DNA of 64,000 nt from Trichoplax adhaerens (lineage: Eukaryota > Animalia > Placozoa): the NCBI RefSeq assembly GCF_000150275.1, contig NW_002060958.1:1000272-1064271 (forward strand), in the 5' to 3' direction. Shown piece after piece: positions 24,905-39,000 of the stretch. The notes under the pieces were generated by a model. The model had not been told where the DNA came from. It ran no database searches and saw nothing but the letters and a program-made list of their open reading frames with translations. How positions within the stretch are numbered: the stretch's first letter is position 1; every line of letters begins with the position of its first letter. The translations under genes were made by a program, and so were the position numbers.

Positions 24905-25017
24905 GCTTGGCAAAGGAGGTTTGATGCGCATCCTCCAACACGCCATCGCCCCTTGCAAGTTACTTACAGGGGGCGATGGCGTGTTGGAGGATGCGCATTA
25001 AACCTCGTTGGCCAAGC
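24905..25017. other. 113-bp GC-rich palindrome (56-bp arms, 51/56 matching, 1-nt centre) about 150 bp upstream of the aminotransferase ATG
   Basis: 24905-24960 versus the reverse complement of 24962-25017 differ at only 5 positions. Confidence 0.95.
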
Positions 25018-25170
25018 CATCAGCTGTGGCCATCGCCTATAAGAATCGTATCCGTCGGCAGCTTGATCATCAAATAACTTTGAATGTTGGCCAGCGCCAT
25101 TTGGGAAGTGTTGGATTAATTCATTGATTGATTTGCATCGTTTACAAGATCGCCCAATCTTAATGGAAAG

Positions 25171-28100
25171 ATGGACAAGTCGCCACCACTGACTCGAGCT
25201 GATTTAAGAAATTACGCACCAGCATCCAATTTGCAGCTGAATGAAGAGATTAAACGCATGATTAGTGAAGGCAAGAATATTTATCACTTCGGATTTGGTC
25301 AATCGCCCTTTCCTGTGATGAAAGAATTTTGCCAAAAGTTAAGCCAATATGCTGGTGCCAACCAGTATTTGGCCGTTACTGGTAAGGAATATCTTGCTTG
25401 AGTACAGTAGTGGAGAGAGAGAGAGTAGAGTTGAGTGAACAAATAGTGTGAAAAAACCGTCCATGACAGCAATGATAGGGTTGTAGGCCAAGTATCGAGC
25501 TCCAACGATGACAGACAAGTGGAGTAGACGACGTACTCGTATTTGCTTTCGAGATATTCTCATTCTAGTGTAGAACGAGAATGCAGTAGACTCTCTCACC
25601 GGAACAGAAATAATGCAAATCAAATTGTATTGGGAGAGTAGTCAAAGTTACTGCAATCGATTTTCCATGGATAAATAGATGACCAATCGAGAATGCAGTG
25701 GACTCTCTCACCGGAACGGAAATAATGCAAATCAAATTGTATTGAGAGAGTAGTCAAAGTTACTGCAATGGATTTTCCATGGATAAATGGATGACCATTA
25801 TTGACCAATCGATCACAGATAGCCGATACAACATAGTGTAGTTCGCTCCTCATCCATAGATGTGCCCCTCTATGCTGTAAGACAGTTCGACTGCATCATT
25901 GCATCTACAACAGATACCTGCAGTGGTCGTAGGATCAATCGAGAAGATCGAGGATGCAATCTGATGTAGTACTGCCTACTCTTTCTCACGTCTTACCATA
26001 ATCAACAATGTAAGTAATACAAGTTCAATTGTATCGAGAGAGTAGTCCAAGTTACTGCAGTGGATGAATGGGTGACCAATCGATCCTCATCAATAGTGAG
26101 ATAATTCGACTATCGAAAGGACGGATAGCTAGGGTACTCCTATGATCATTAATGAATCAAGAAGAATGGCGATGCAATCTGATGTAGTCAATTCTTTCTC
26201 GCTAAACAGAAATAATGCAAGCCAAATGGATGAACAATCGACCACAGATAGCCATAGAAGCAGCAATGCAATACAGTATACCTACATCGATTTTCATCAA
26301 TAGTAAGACTGTGTACATTCGTGGACGGATGGTCATGGATAATATTCAATTAATAATATATACATCGAATTAGAGACACTCATAGTAGGCATAATTGCGT
26401 CAATAGCCCATTTTATAAGGCTAGCTATCGACATGATATGATCAAATCGATGATGATAGAATAGGTGCTACAATGTTGAAAGAGACTTAAACACCACTTT
26501 AAATATTACTGTAATACTACTTTAATTCTCCTTAAATACTACTTCAACTTGAATTTGTTGAGCATTCATATTTGATTTCTTGATATTGGCAAGGTTGTCT
26601 CATGCTAGCGGACTTGTCCTTAAAAATCACTTAAACTTATTACACCTACTGTATGTTTTTATTTCTTACAAGTCATGATATTGGTAGTACACGTCGATTT
26701 CAATTTTACACGACTAGTTATCGTCATAACTGCTACGACTTTTCATTGTTAATCGATTGTGATTTGATGAATGCCTAGACTTTTAGTTGGCTCAGAATTC
26801 CATCATCCCCATCATCTACAATATCTTTGAACTTATAATACTGCAATCGATGTAAAATCATGAAACATCTCCGTGCAAGGTTGCACTCTTGCTATCCAAG
26901 TTGATCTAAATCATACACTGTACGAATGTAATCATCATGTCGATTCTTTTCTGCTGCAAACGCTATTTCAACCATGTGTAAACTTTGATCTACGTATGTA
27001 GCTTATTCAACATGGGTGGATACCAATAATATTATAAATTATATTATAATAAACCGATCATGATATGTGATAAATGACTTAACCTATAATTCGCTCAGAA
27101 TTCAATTGAATATCCATGATATTATTCAACTAAAAAAACAAGATGCAAATCATGAAGCATTTCCCTGCAAGTTTACTCTTTCGCTGTGAAGCTGATCCTA
27201 AATCATGTGTGCAAATGATGATTTTTTCCACTGTAACGCTATCGAAATTTTCAATCTGCAAGCTTATTTAAATCATGCGCGTAAGGGACGATTTTTTCAC
27301 GGCAATGCTATCGAAATATCAAACTATTTAGCTTATTTAGTACGCGTGGATACCGACTCTATACAGCTAACTACTGAAATCGTAAAATAGATGGGGATAG
27401 AAAGAGTTATACGAATTTGAACAGCTCAAAATTCAGTCCACCAACTTTAATCACGTCATTGCTTGATTGAATTGTAAAAACGGGATGGAAATTATAAAGT
27501 GTACCAATAAGAGGAGATGCAATGTGTGCTTTCGCTAATATTGCGTTGTAACTATTGAGAAATGGAGATCTACCTTGACTAAGCAATTGAATCTATTTAA
27601 GCTGATAGACTTGGAATAATTTCTTGTCATTTTTTTGGGGGGGGGGGATTGTACAGAAAAGGAATAAAATCGATTGATTTAATTTCACAAGTTAGAATAA
27701 TGGCTTTCGCACACTACTACAGTACATACTGTACAGTAAAACATATTGTCGATTTTACGTATGCATAAAGGTCAATAAAAAATTAAAATGTGATGCAATA
27801 TACCGCCAATTTACACGAAATATTTATTATTAAAAGCATTCAAGTTCATTTGATGACTAAAACTCATAGGCTGAGCTCAAGTGGTACTATATTATTGACA
27901 TAAGGGTGTTTTGATTGCTTCGTATACAATAGTTTATGGCTAGGCAAAATGGTAATGATATTCGTTATTGAATACTTGTCAATGGCATTGACCAACTTTA
28001 TTTGATCAAATGCTACCAGAATAGATAGTAGTAATAAAATCTTCATTGGACTGCTTTACTATTGATTGTCCTGACCTGTTTATTGCTGCTGAAACAAGCA

Positions 28101-31100
28101 CCTGCTGTTCTACTACGAATAAGTCAATATTGTTCTTAACGACTCCCATCATTTTTATAGATTTACTGCTACTGTAACTAGTTACCTTTTAGTCTGTGAT
28201 TTAATCATGTCTATAAGTGTTTTTATTACATCTGGTTGAAAATAACACTTGCACAACAATGAGTACTTCAAAGTGATCATTTCAGATGGCATATGATTTT
28301 TTGCAGATACTTGTAATGCATGGTATTGCTCGTATTATAATTCAAGCCTGTAGACCTGTATCCAAGTTTTTCAAGGATATATAGTGTCAATAAATACTCG
28401 TATTATTAGAAATAGACTCGCATGCTAGGTCATCTTAGCTTAGCAAGCATTATGACTTTGTTATATAACTCAGAATCCTCAGCTATATTATCCTAAGTAC
28501 GTATAAATGCTCACAAAGCAATCTCTTGAGTCTTGGCAAGGGATAACCATCATCATTAGCAGTAGTGTTGGAAGCTACTTCATAAATCATCTTCGTGTAC
28601 ACGTATGCAAAGTAATTGTAAACTTGGCACAAATAATGTCATTATATAATTATCAGCGTCGTCAGCAACTGTAGTAATCTCAGCTACTTCTTAGGTTATC
28701 ATACTATATACGCACATGCCATTAAACTTAGCAAACATGGTTAGCATCGTCGATTACTATCGTATCCATAATTGCTTTTTCGATTCTCCTAATACATGCA
28801 CATTCAAGGTAATTACAAGTTGGCAAGGATTATATTATTGTCAGAGTCGTCGGTTACTATAGTATTCTCAGCTACTTTATCCATTCTTCTATTGGGCGCG
28901 TATGTAAAGTAATTATAACTTAGCCAGGATCTTATAATTATTCAATCAATGTCGTTATTAGCTGTGTGATACCTTAACTTCGATAGGATTTTTGTATTCA
29001 GTCTGATCAAATTTGTATCATGAAATCGCTCATGTCTAATAATTATAGAATCAATTTCAAATAAATTACAACTGGCTATCTCTTTCAATAGGTATTGAGC
29101 AATTACGTAATGCTATCGCTAGCTTCCATAAACGCTATGATGGACTCGATTTTTCTGCTGACCAAATTATTGTAGCTCCTGGTAGTAAGGAACTACTCTT
29201 TTTAACAATGCTTGTTATGGATGCAGGTTTGTCGTTACCTTTTAAAATCCAAATTGTCGATATCGTTTAATTGTTTTAGAGAGAAGGCGACGATGATGTC
29301 GTTCTATACTCGTTAACTTGAATACATCCATTTCCTTTGCTAATATCATAATTCATTTTCCATAGATATCATAGTTCCATCTCCAACTTGGACAACCTAT
29401 TTACCACAAAGTAAACTAGCGGGAAGGAAATCGATTATCTTAAGCTCTCGCTTTGAAGATGAATGGCGCTTAACCCCAGAAATTTTAGACAAGGTAATCA
29501 ATATTACCATGATAATAAGTAAAATATTTTAATGACGTACAATTATAAACTATCCCTTGAGCAAGAACAAGGATAACTATAGGTTAATTTAGTAACATCT
29601 TAATCCGCGATAAACTATTGAAAAGGAATAAAATCAGAACAATTGTTTCATAATGTTTATAAATATATCTTGATCGTCTAGGCCATTAACGAACAATGCA
29701 CCAACGCCAATAAAGTACTAATTTTCTGCAATCCAGATAATCCCAGTATGCAACATAGCAAATTAAAACAGTAATTAAGAAATTTATTGTACTTCTAATA
29801 ATTACAGTACTGTAGTCATTATGTAAATATTGAAATGAATATACTGCAGCATGCTAAATTTGCTGTATTGACTAAACGTATTCTTACATACACACAGCCG
29901 GAACGTCTTATACAGAGCAGCAACTAACAGAGCTCAGGTCAGAAAATATTTTATAATCAGTATTAGAGACGATTAACTGCTGCACAGTAGTATTCTTGCA
30001 AATACGGCACTACTGCTATATTGTTGCTCATTTATCGATCGTAGCTATAATATTTGAATACTTGTGAATATCGTGTAGCACATATCAACATCATTATAAT
30101 TGCTACTCGTAAAATCGTTGATTTAATCGTTAAATCTTAACAGTAAAGTCCTGCGAAAGCATTCGGTTATCGTCCTTTCAGATGAAATTTACGGAAGGAC
30201 AAATTATAAAAATGCTCACCTTTCCATTGCTAAGGTAACTTGGAGTAGGAGATATGTTTCTTGACCTATGGAGATAGATAGTATTATGGTATTTAATATA
30301 ATATCAATTGTCTGGGATAGTACTTTGATTCCTAGCTCAGTTAGCGTTTTGATATTGATCTTATTTTCTAGTTTTACAAAGAAGGCACGATCTTAATGTC
30401 AGGCTTATCAAAATGGGCTTCCCTTGGAGGTTGGCGGGTAAGTCGTAGTTAGATTTTCTTGTCATATTATTACAGTAACAAATTACGGTAACTGGACTAA
30501 CATGTATCTAGGTTGGTTACGCAATATATCCGAAAGAATTAGCTGAAGTGCAAAGTGCTGTCAGAAGCGCTGGCAGTCACACATACTCATGCACCTCTGC
30601 CCCTATTCAATATGCCGTAGCAGATGTAATTAAAATGATTAACGAAATTAGCGTTCTTTTCTATGCGCTACTATAGAACTTTCTCTATAGTAAATTATTT
30701 GTAATAACCTGATAATAATAATTGTGGCAAAAAGTTAATAATTATATCTTTAATGTCTACAGGTTTTACAAAATTTTGAAGCTTGTGATACATATATATA
30801 TCATATTAAGCGTATTTTGGAAGCGGTTTCTAAGTACTGCTATGAGTAAGTAACTCTTGGTTATAAATGATATCTTTAAGTGATCTATCGTCGACCTAAA
30901 AAAAACAGTATTTACGCAGGACGACTGACGATTATCGAGTAATGATATTGGCTGACAAGTTATATCTTTGGATGATACGTTAATAATTATTATAGACTAA
31001 TACGACGAATTTGTTTAAACGTTATATTTGTTATACATGCATTGTACTACCTATCGGGAGTTGCAGTAACGCTTGCGGCTAGATAAATTCAGTCATGCTT

Positions 31101-32277
31101 GATGTATAACATAGCATAAGTAGTCTCATTGTTTGTGCTTACCCATAATTAAGCATGCTATATTTTTAAATATCTGTTTTGCTATATGGTTATTCAGTAA
31201 CGTGATATTCCAAATTGTTCATTTAGGCAGCTAACAAGTGTTGGCGTAAAGTGTATACAATCAACTGGTGGATTTTATATGCTACCTGATTTTGAGGTGA
31301 GTGGTGGTGTTCTTTGACTTGAAGCCTAAGGATCGCAGAGTAGTTGAATCAACTATATAATGAAGCATACATAGCAAGATTTATGCGTTCTCGTTACGTT
31401 TATCTATTTAAATAACATCTACACAAGCATTTTATAGATGTAAGGTGTGTATAACATTTAGTGCTGTATAATATACGCATTTAGGTAATCAGACCAGGCT
31501 TGGAGAAAAATAATATCACGACTTGCCAAGAAATGTGTGAGGACTTGTTTCAAAAGCGTTCCGTTGTGGTAAGTGATATCGACAATTCTAAATTATTGTT
31601 ATTGACGATATATAAAGTACATAAAGTACGCACTGTAGGCTATTTATTGTAATATCCAGTTGACAAAATTTAGCGTTATGTCAGCAGATTATTGCGCAAT
31701 ATTACTTCTCTTGTGATTTGATGTAAAAATATTATGTCATACGTAGCAAATTATAATTTAGTGCTACGTTTTACAGTAGCAGAAGGCGAACAACTAAGAT
31801 TTCATTGTCATATCTTTTCGATCGATTCCTATGCAATGCATGGTAATGATAGAGACCTCACCTTTCTCTTATTAGGTTATGGCTGGCGGACCAGCGTTTC
31901 TTCGCCCCTTGAAAGAGCTCACTGTCCGTTTGTGTTACATAGACTTTGACGGTAGGTATCCATTTTGCTATCTACTTAAATTGATAGCGTTTAAAATGCT
32001 CAGTAATTACCAACAATAAAATAAAACAATATCTGGCTGATAATCTATTGATAGGTACATTAGCTCTAAATGAAAGTATCAATATTGGACCTGATAAGCC
32101 ACTCACTCGTGAATTTGTAGAACAGTTTTGCAGCCATCAAGCAGAAGGAATAAAGGTTCCATAATTTCATTAATGTGACAAAGATATTATTCAAACTGAA
32201 AATTGATATTCAATTTACATACATATTTTTTTGTGGAAAAATAGGCCATTGTGGATTGGGTCAAGAGCTATTTGTAA
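25171..32277 (+). CDS. PLP-dependent class I/II aminotransferase (aspartate-aminotransferase-like), 14 coding exons
   Basis: Spliced translation gives FGFGQSPFP (exon 1, 25171-25381), GIEQLRNAIA..PGSKE (29092-29226), PSPTWTTY, CNPDNPTG, SDEIY, the PLP-lysine motif SGLSKWASLGGWR (about 30372-30437), GGFY and TVRLCY, with stop TAA at 32275-32277. All introns read GT-AG. Confidence 0.95.
25576..25800. repeat. Tandem duplication (about 112 bp x2, degenerate copies to about 26230) in aminotransferase intron 1
   Basis: CGAGAATGCAGT(A/G)GACTCTCTCACCGGAAC..TTCCATGGATAAAT occurs twice. Confidence 0.85.
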
Positions 32278-33399
32278 TGGATGTTATCAGTGGAAATCCC
32301 TAATATAGCAATATGTTATTTATGTGAGCGTAAAATAATTTTCCTCTTATGCTGTCATGCTGAAATATGCCTATAGATTGTAATGGGATTAGTCCATGTC
32401 CATCAATCATTCATCTTATTGGATGATGCTATTTTATTTCTTCTTCGTAAGGCAAAATATCATTTTAATAATGATTATTACGACCGTCAATCCAACTTGT
32501 GTAGTATTTTTGTTAAATAACTTTTTGATACTCATGTATCAATTTATGACGTATCATTAAGTTTTAAATATTGTGATTTTATCAATTAAATACCAAAGCA
32601 ATCTTGCATGTGTATAATTTGTTGGATTTAATTTATATTGAGTTATGATATAATATATAATAAAATGCCAAATAGCTTTATTGTCTTGGTCTATCTCGTA
32701 GACTATAGAATGGCTTCCTTTGTGTAGATTTGGTCATGACGTAGAATGATGAGATGGGAGCAGAAGACTATCATAGCTAGCGTCAGTATCCTTATACCAT
32801 CAAGCTATACTGTAGCTGTTTATTTTATCAAACACTGTGAATAGTTGGGAAATAGTCTATTTCAGTTTTTTATTCAGACTATATACTAAGAAAGGGGTAT
32901 TCCTCTCTCTACTGTACATACTCTATGCTACATTTTATTGCTAGTGCTTCTAATACAGCAGTACTATATCCATCCTTTCTGTATCAGGTAAGTAGAGATG
33001 GTGATATCGTCTTTATGAACGATTTGCAATATGGGGGTAGACTTTAATTATTGTAAACTCTCTCATTATACTAGACTATAAATACTGTACAGTATGGAAA
33101 CAGAAATCAACTGGACGACTATTGTACAATATGCAGTATGCTGTAAATGAATCCTATTCCTTGATGCACGATAGTGGTACGTTTATAGTGTGCTGTACAG
33201 CACGTAATGCGGGTCATTGAATCGACGACTATGGAATGGTAATTCGTGAAAATGGAAATTTTCATCATTTATCCTTGTTACTGGTGTCCATTGCCTATCA
33301 ATGGTGCTACCAGTCCGGATAAAATGAGGCAAGAAAATGTCCATATTACTGAATTGACGGTATTTAGTATGGTATTACACCGCTTAATGGATGTTGTAT

Positions 33400-35575
33400 A
33401 AGATTGTGTCGATGGATTCATAATGAGTGTCGCCGTTTCTGTAGAAATTTGTCCCACTTTGGTGTCAAGACTTTTGAGCAGCTTGAATCGCTATCAAGCC
33501 TAATGGTGAAAAAATTGTATCCAGGATTCCAGGGTATAAGATTGTGTAGATGAATTCATAATAAGTGTCGTTTTTTCCCTAGAAATTTATCGCACTTTGG
33601 TGCCAAAACTTTTGAGCAGCTTAAATCGCTATCAAGCCTGATACCGAAAAATTGTATCCAAGGTATAAGATTATTTATGTCATATAGATGGATTCATAAT
33701 AAGTGTCGTTATTTCTGTCGAAATTTGTGGCACTTTGGTGCCAAGACTTTTGAGCAGCTAGAATCGCTATCAAGCCTGATGGCGAAAAATTGTATCCAGG
33801 ATTTCAGGGTATAAGATTGTGTAGATGAATTTATAATAAGTGTCGTTGTTTCTGTAGAAATTTGTGGCAGTTTGGTGCCAAGACTTTTGAGCAGCTTGAA
33901 TCGCTATCAAGCCTGGATGGCGAAAAATTGTATCCAAGGTTTATATAAGGTTATTCATGTCATATCGATGGATTCATAATAAGTGTCGTTGTTTCTGTAG
34001 AAATTTGTCGTACTTTGGTGCCAAGACTTTTGAGCAGCTTGAATCGCTATCAAGCCTGGATGGCGAAAAATTGTATCTAGGGTATAAGATTGTGTAGATG
34101 AATTCATAATCAGTGTCGTTGTTTCTGTAGAAATTTGTCGTATTTTGGTGCCAAGACTTTTGAGCAACTAGAATCGCTATCAAGCCTGATGGCGAAAAAT
34201 TGTATCCAGGATTTCAGGGTATAAGATTGTGTAGATGAATTTATAATAAGTGTCGTTGTTTCTGTAGAAATTTGTCGCACTTTGGTGCCAAGACTTTTGA
34301 GCAGCTTGAATCGCTATCAAGCCTGGATGGCGAAAAATTGTATCTAGGGTGTAAGATTGTGTAGATGAATTCATAATCAGTGTCGTTGTTTCTGTAGAAA
34401 TTTGTCGTATTTTGGTGCCAAGACTTTTGAGCAGCTAGCATCGCTATCAAGCCTGATGGCGAAAAATTGTATCCAGGATTTCAGGGTATAAGATTGTGTA
34501 GATGAATTTATAATAAGTGTCGTTGTTTCTGTAGAAATTTGTAGCACTTTGGTGCCAAGATTTTTGAGCAGCTTGAATCGCTGTCAAGCCTGGATGGCGA
34601 AAAATTGTATCCAAGGTTTATTTATATAAGATTATTCATGTCATATCGATGGATTCATAATAAGTGTCGTTGTTTCTGTAGAAATTTGTCGTACTTTGGT
34701 GCCAAGACTTTTGAGCAGCTTGAATCGCTATCAAGCCTGGATGGCGAAAAATTGTATCTAGGGTATAAGATTGTGTAGATGAATTCATAATCAGTGTCGT
34801 TGTTTCTGTAGAAATTTGTCGTATTTTGGTGCCAAGACTTTTGAGCAACTAGCATCGCTATCAAGCCTGATGGCGAAAAATTGTATCCAGGATTTCAGGG
34901 TATAAGATTGTGTAGATGAATTTATAATAAGTGTCGTTGTTTCTGTAGAAATTTGTCGCACTTTGGTGCCAAGACTTTTGAGCAGCTTGAATCGCTATCA
35001 AGCCTGGATGGCGAAAAATTGTATCTAGGGTGTAAGATTGTGTAGATGAATTCATAATCAGTGTCGTTGTTTCTGTAGAAATTTGTCGTATTTTGGTGCC
35101 AAGACTTTTGAGCAGCTAGCATCGCTATCAAGCCTGATGGCGAAAAATTGTATCCAGGATTTCAGGGTATAAGATTGTGTAGATGAATTTATAATAAGTG
35201 TCGTTGTTTCTGTAGAAATTTGTAGCACTTTGGTGCCAAGATTTTTGAGCAGCTTGAATCGCTGTCAAGCCTGGATGGCGAAAAATTGTATCCAAGGTTT
35301 ATTTATATAAGATTATTCATGTCATATCGATGGATTCATAATAAGTGTCGTTGTTTCTGTAGAAATTTGTCGTACTTTGGTGCCAAGACTTTTGAGCAGC
35401 TTGAATCGCTGTCAAGCCTGGATGGCGAAAAATTGTATCTAGGGTATAAGATTGTGTAGATGAATTCATAATCAGTGTCGTTGTTTCTATAGAAATTTGT
35501 CGTATTTTGGTGCCAAGACTTTTGAGCAGCTTGAATCGCTATCAAGCCTGATGGCGAAAAATTGTATCCAGGGTT
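33400..35575. repeat. Tandem satellite, about 130-140-bp monomer (about 16 copies) with a 681-bp five-monomer higher-order repeat
   Basis: Monomer core TTTGGTGCCAAGACTTTTGAGCAGCTTGAATCGCTATCAAGCCTG. Identical or near-identical junk ORFs recur at 681-bp offsets (33955/34636; 33974/34655/35336). Confidence 0.97.
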
Positions 35576-35792
35576 TCAATTTGAGTAGCCGCTGCTGATA
35601 CGGTCAGTCCGGTCCGGTCCGGCCCGTTTCTTTTTTTAGAGTATATACTGTAGTAGAGCAAGGTAGTCAATACTGCATATTGGGCTCTATCGTTATCACC
35701 AAACAAGAAAAAGAATAACAGAGTTTGGTATGGAATGCATTTGAGAAGCGCAGACACAAAGAGAGCGTGAGGACACAGTGCAAAGCACTGGG

Positions 35793-35895
35793 CTACAGTG
35801 TACAGTACAGTAGTGTACTGTACTCAGTGTACAGTGTACAGTGTACAGTACTGAACAACGTTACAGTGGCTAGTAGCGTACCGTACTGTACTGTG
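35793..35895. promoter_or_regulatory. TACAGT/TACTGT-rich tract about 190-290 bp upstream of the SMARCC start codon
   Basis: Dense TACAGTGTACAGTACAGTAG..TACTGTACTGT. Similar tracts precede KANSL1 and ALIX. The regulatory role is inferred from position only. Confidence 0.45.
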
Positions 35896-36083
35896 CTATC
35901 GTTACGTACATTACCCAAACACGATCTCACGGATAAGGATACACTATACGATTCTCCTAGCAAGATTGACGGTATCTTATCCACGCCAAACAGCCATTCT
36001 GGTGTCTTTATACGCCTGCGCAGTCAGCACAGTAATACCCAATTCCGTTGCCGTTGTCCACTAGGGATAAAATCGCTACAAAA

Positions 36084-39000
36084 ATGGCGGCAAGAAAGAA
36101 AGACGGTGGACCTGATCCAAAATATTTCGAATGGGGCGATACTCTGGCTAAATATGAAGTATTACGAGAATGGCTAGCTAAAAATTACAAAAAGGTAAAG
36201 AGATGGATAGTTAAATTGATTTTCTACCTTGTCTATTGGCAGTCAACCATTCCTATACATTACACGTGGTTGAATTTTACTGTCCACTACTCTGTGTACC
36301 TACTGTCTTGAGGAGACAAAAGGCTTGATACAATATTCATGGAGAAGGATGAGGACAGTCTTTTCCTTCTGCTATGATAAAGCTTATTTATGCAGTTGTA
36401 GAATGATGTAGAACAAGTGCTGTTTAATAAGAGCGAGGATAGAAGAGGAAAGATTAACTTACAAGAAAGTACAATGTAGTCGATAGGTCAAGAGAGAGAG
36501 AGAGAGAGAGAGTCATCTTCAAGACAACAGGATGACTGTCGCTACTTTTCTACTGGATGTTGTGCTGGCCAATTTGCATCTCTTTGCATGCTCTATTCAC
36601 ATGGATATCTAATCATCATTCATTCACATTTTAGTACTTGCAGAATGAATCAGTCACCAATAAAACCTTGGCTACGTTAACCATGAACTTACTACAGTTC
36701 CAAGAGGTAAGAAAAATTGCAGTCATGGATTAGCCAAAGTAGAAAATGCAAAATCATTCTCGATATCACCTATTGTCATGAATTTCACTCATGTTGTCAT
36801 ACTATTAGTATCCACTAGTGATGGTGATGCCATGCTAGGTTTCAACTCGATCATCTATTACTGATGGTCATCAATGATTCTAAAGGAAGCAAGCAAGCTT
36901 GCTTAACGGTTTATTTTTCTACCCTTCAATGGATAGGATACTTTTGGTAAAGGATCCAATAATCCTCCGTTGCCTAAATTACCTGTAAGGGAGTATCATG
37001 CTAAATTCCACATCAAAGATTGATTGAACTCTATTAGCTTATGAGATTACCGTCGTTCAATATCGGAAGGATAACTCTTCACTTATACTATTGATCCAGT
37101 ACTGTACAAAGTTGTTGCCACTACTCTGCTTTACTGACAATAATGAAGAAATACTATTTTCTGAATGCGATATCATTTCCCTTCTAGATTAAGTTATTCT
37201 ATAATTATACACCTGGCGGATCGTTATGCCACATCCTAGCGACAGCCTACAAATGGAAAGTTGAACAAGGATGGTATGTTCATTGGATATCATAGTACTG
37301 TTGGATTAATTTACAGGATGCAATTTCTAAAAGAAAGAAGAGTATTGTGTACACTGATCCAGTCTCATGCTATCATCATCTTTACCCAGTTGAAACAATC
37401 CACTCTACTGTATTGAATAGTAAATCGAAACCAGCATGAGCAATGGCTACATTTTTATAATTTATCTTCAATAAATAGGTTAGCAGTACTCGATACCATG
37501 GATCCTTTAATTATAATTGGCAAGCAGCATCAGTGATAAACTTGATTTATGAACAATCCTAATCGCTCGTATAGATACGCGTATACACAATTTCATTGCA
37601 GTATAGATGTAGTAGTGTTTTAAATAGTATCTGCCGGGTAAACGGTAGAAGACAAAATACAACTGTTGTCGCTTGCAATTTACTTTTCTCTATGTTGATC
37701 ATCATTGCTGATGATGTGAAGTAAGATGAACATAAGACTGTAAAGAGGATTGTCGCTTCTTAATTAATTAAATCTTCAATAGCTTGATCATAATTCTGGT
37801 AATGGAGTAAGATTAACATAGATGTGGAAAGGTGATTGTCGCTTTAATAGAGTACTCTGTATTTTTAAACCATTTCTGTGAATGAGGCAAGATTAAGATA
37901 GATCTGCAATGCCTATGATCGCTTTCATGATTTTCAAACTAGCATCCATTATTATGATGCAGTATTCAGTTATGCCCTGATTTCTATAGACGTTACATGT
38001 TATATATAGCTGTGTAAATAAACTCTTGCTATTACCAAAGGGTCATCATGTTTTCGTTCATATTGAATTTCAATATTGTTTTCTTGTGCGTGATGCAACC
38101 GAATCGACATAAGCAACAACGATAACATAGTATCCATGTTAATGTTATTGTATGTACTCTCTCCTATCTCATGTAGGCGCCGATTTGATTTCCAATCACC
38201 CTCACGGGTTGACCGCAATGTCGAAATGTTTATCAATATACAGAAAATATTGTTACAGAACAAGTTGCTAACCTTTCCTTTGGTTTACATTGTTGATTCT
38301 GTCGATCAAAAATTAAGGGAAAAATTGATAGCCATTGTCAAAAAGTACCAGGTTATTAATAGAGTAGTAATCCAGAATGTATGATCAAATTTAATTGTGC
38401 AATAAATAATAGCAATGATGTAGTAGTCTTGTAGGTAAGTATTGAAAGATTGAAATAAATATTTTGAAACGAAACAGGCGCTGTTGCTTATATTGCTAAT
38501 ATCGCAATGTCTTCATGTTTTACATCATAACTTTATTATGCTTTTAACATAGGGATCTATTGTTGATCAAATAAACGTAGCCACACATGTGGTCTATCCA
38601 CCTCCGCCTCCAATTCCTGATGGTAAGGGACTAAAATTAGATTTGCTTTATTTACAAGTAGATCAAACGTTGAGTGACTTGGTTCTAACGACAGGTAGCA
38701 TAGATTCTGCATTTTTATTGCGTCATATATTAGTCATAATTTGTAATCATTATTAAAACGTAAGTCAGGAGAGATTCGAATGTACATTATATATTGGATA
38801 ATTTTAATGAAAGTATAAAAAGTAAAAATGTTATGTCCTTTTTATTGAACTATAAACGTTTCCTTACTCAAGACGAATAAAAGCTTGCGTAATTCTTACA
38901 GCGGTTGAGTAAATGAACAGTAAGCTAATACATTAGTTCTAAGTGAATTAGTGCAGTGGACATAGCAAATATATCAACAAGCATCATTTAATTTCTATAG

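Noticed and set aside
33955-35757. Repeated 64-71-aa ORFs, and a superficial resemblance to a CRISPR array
   Set aside because: They are products of the 681-bp satellite. Units repeat along their full length with no unique spacers, there are no cas genes, and the context is eukaryotic.
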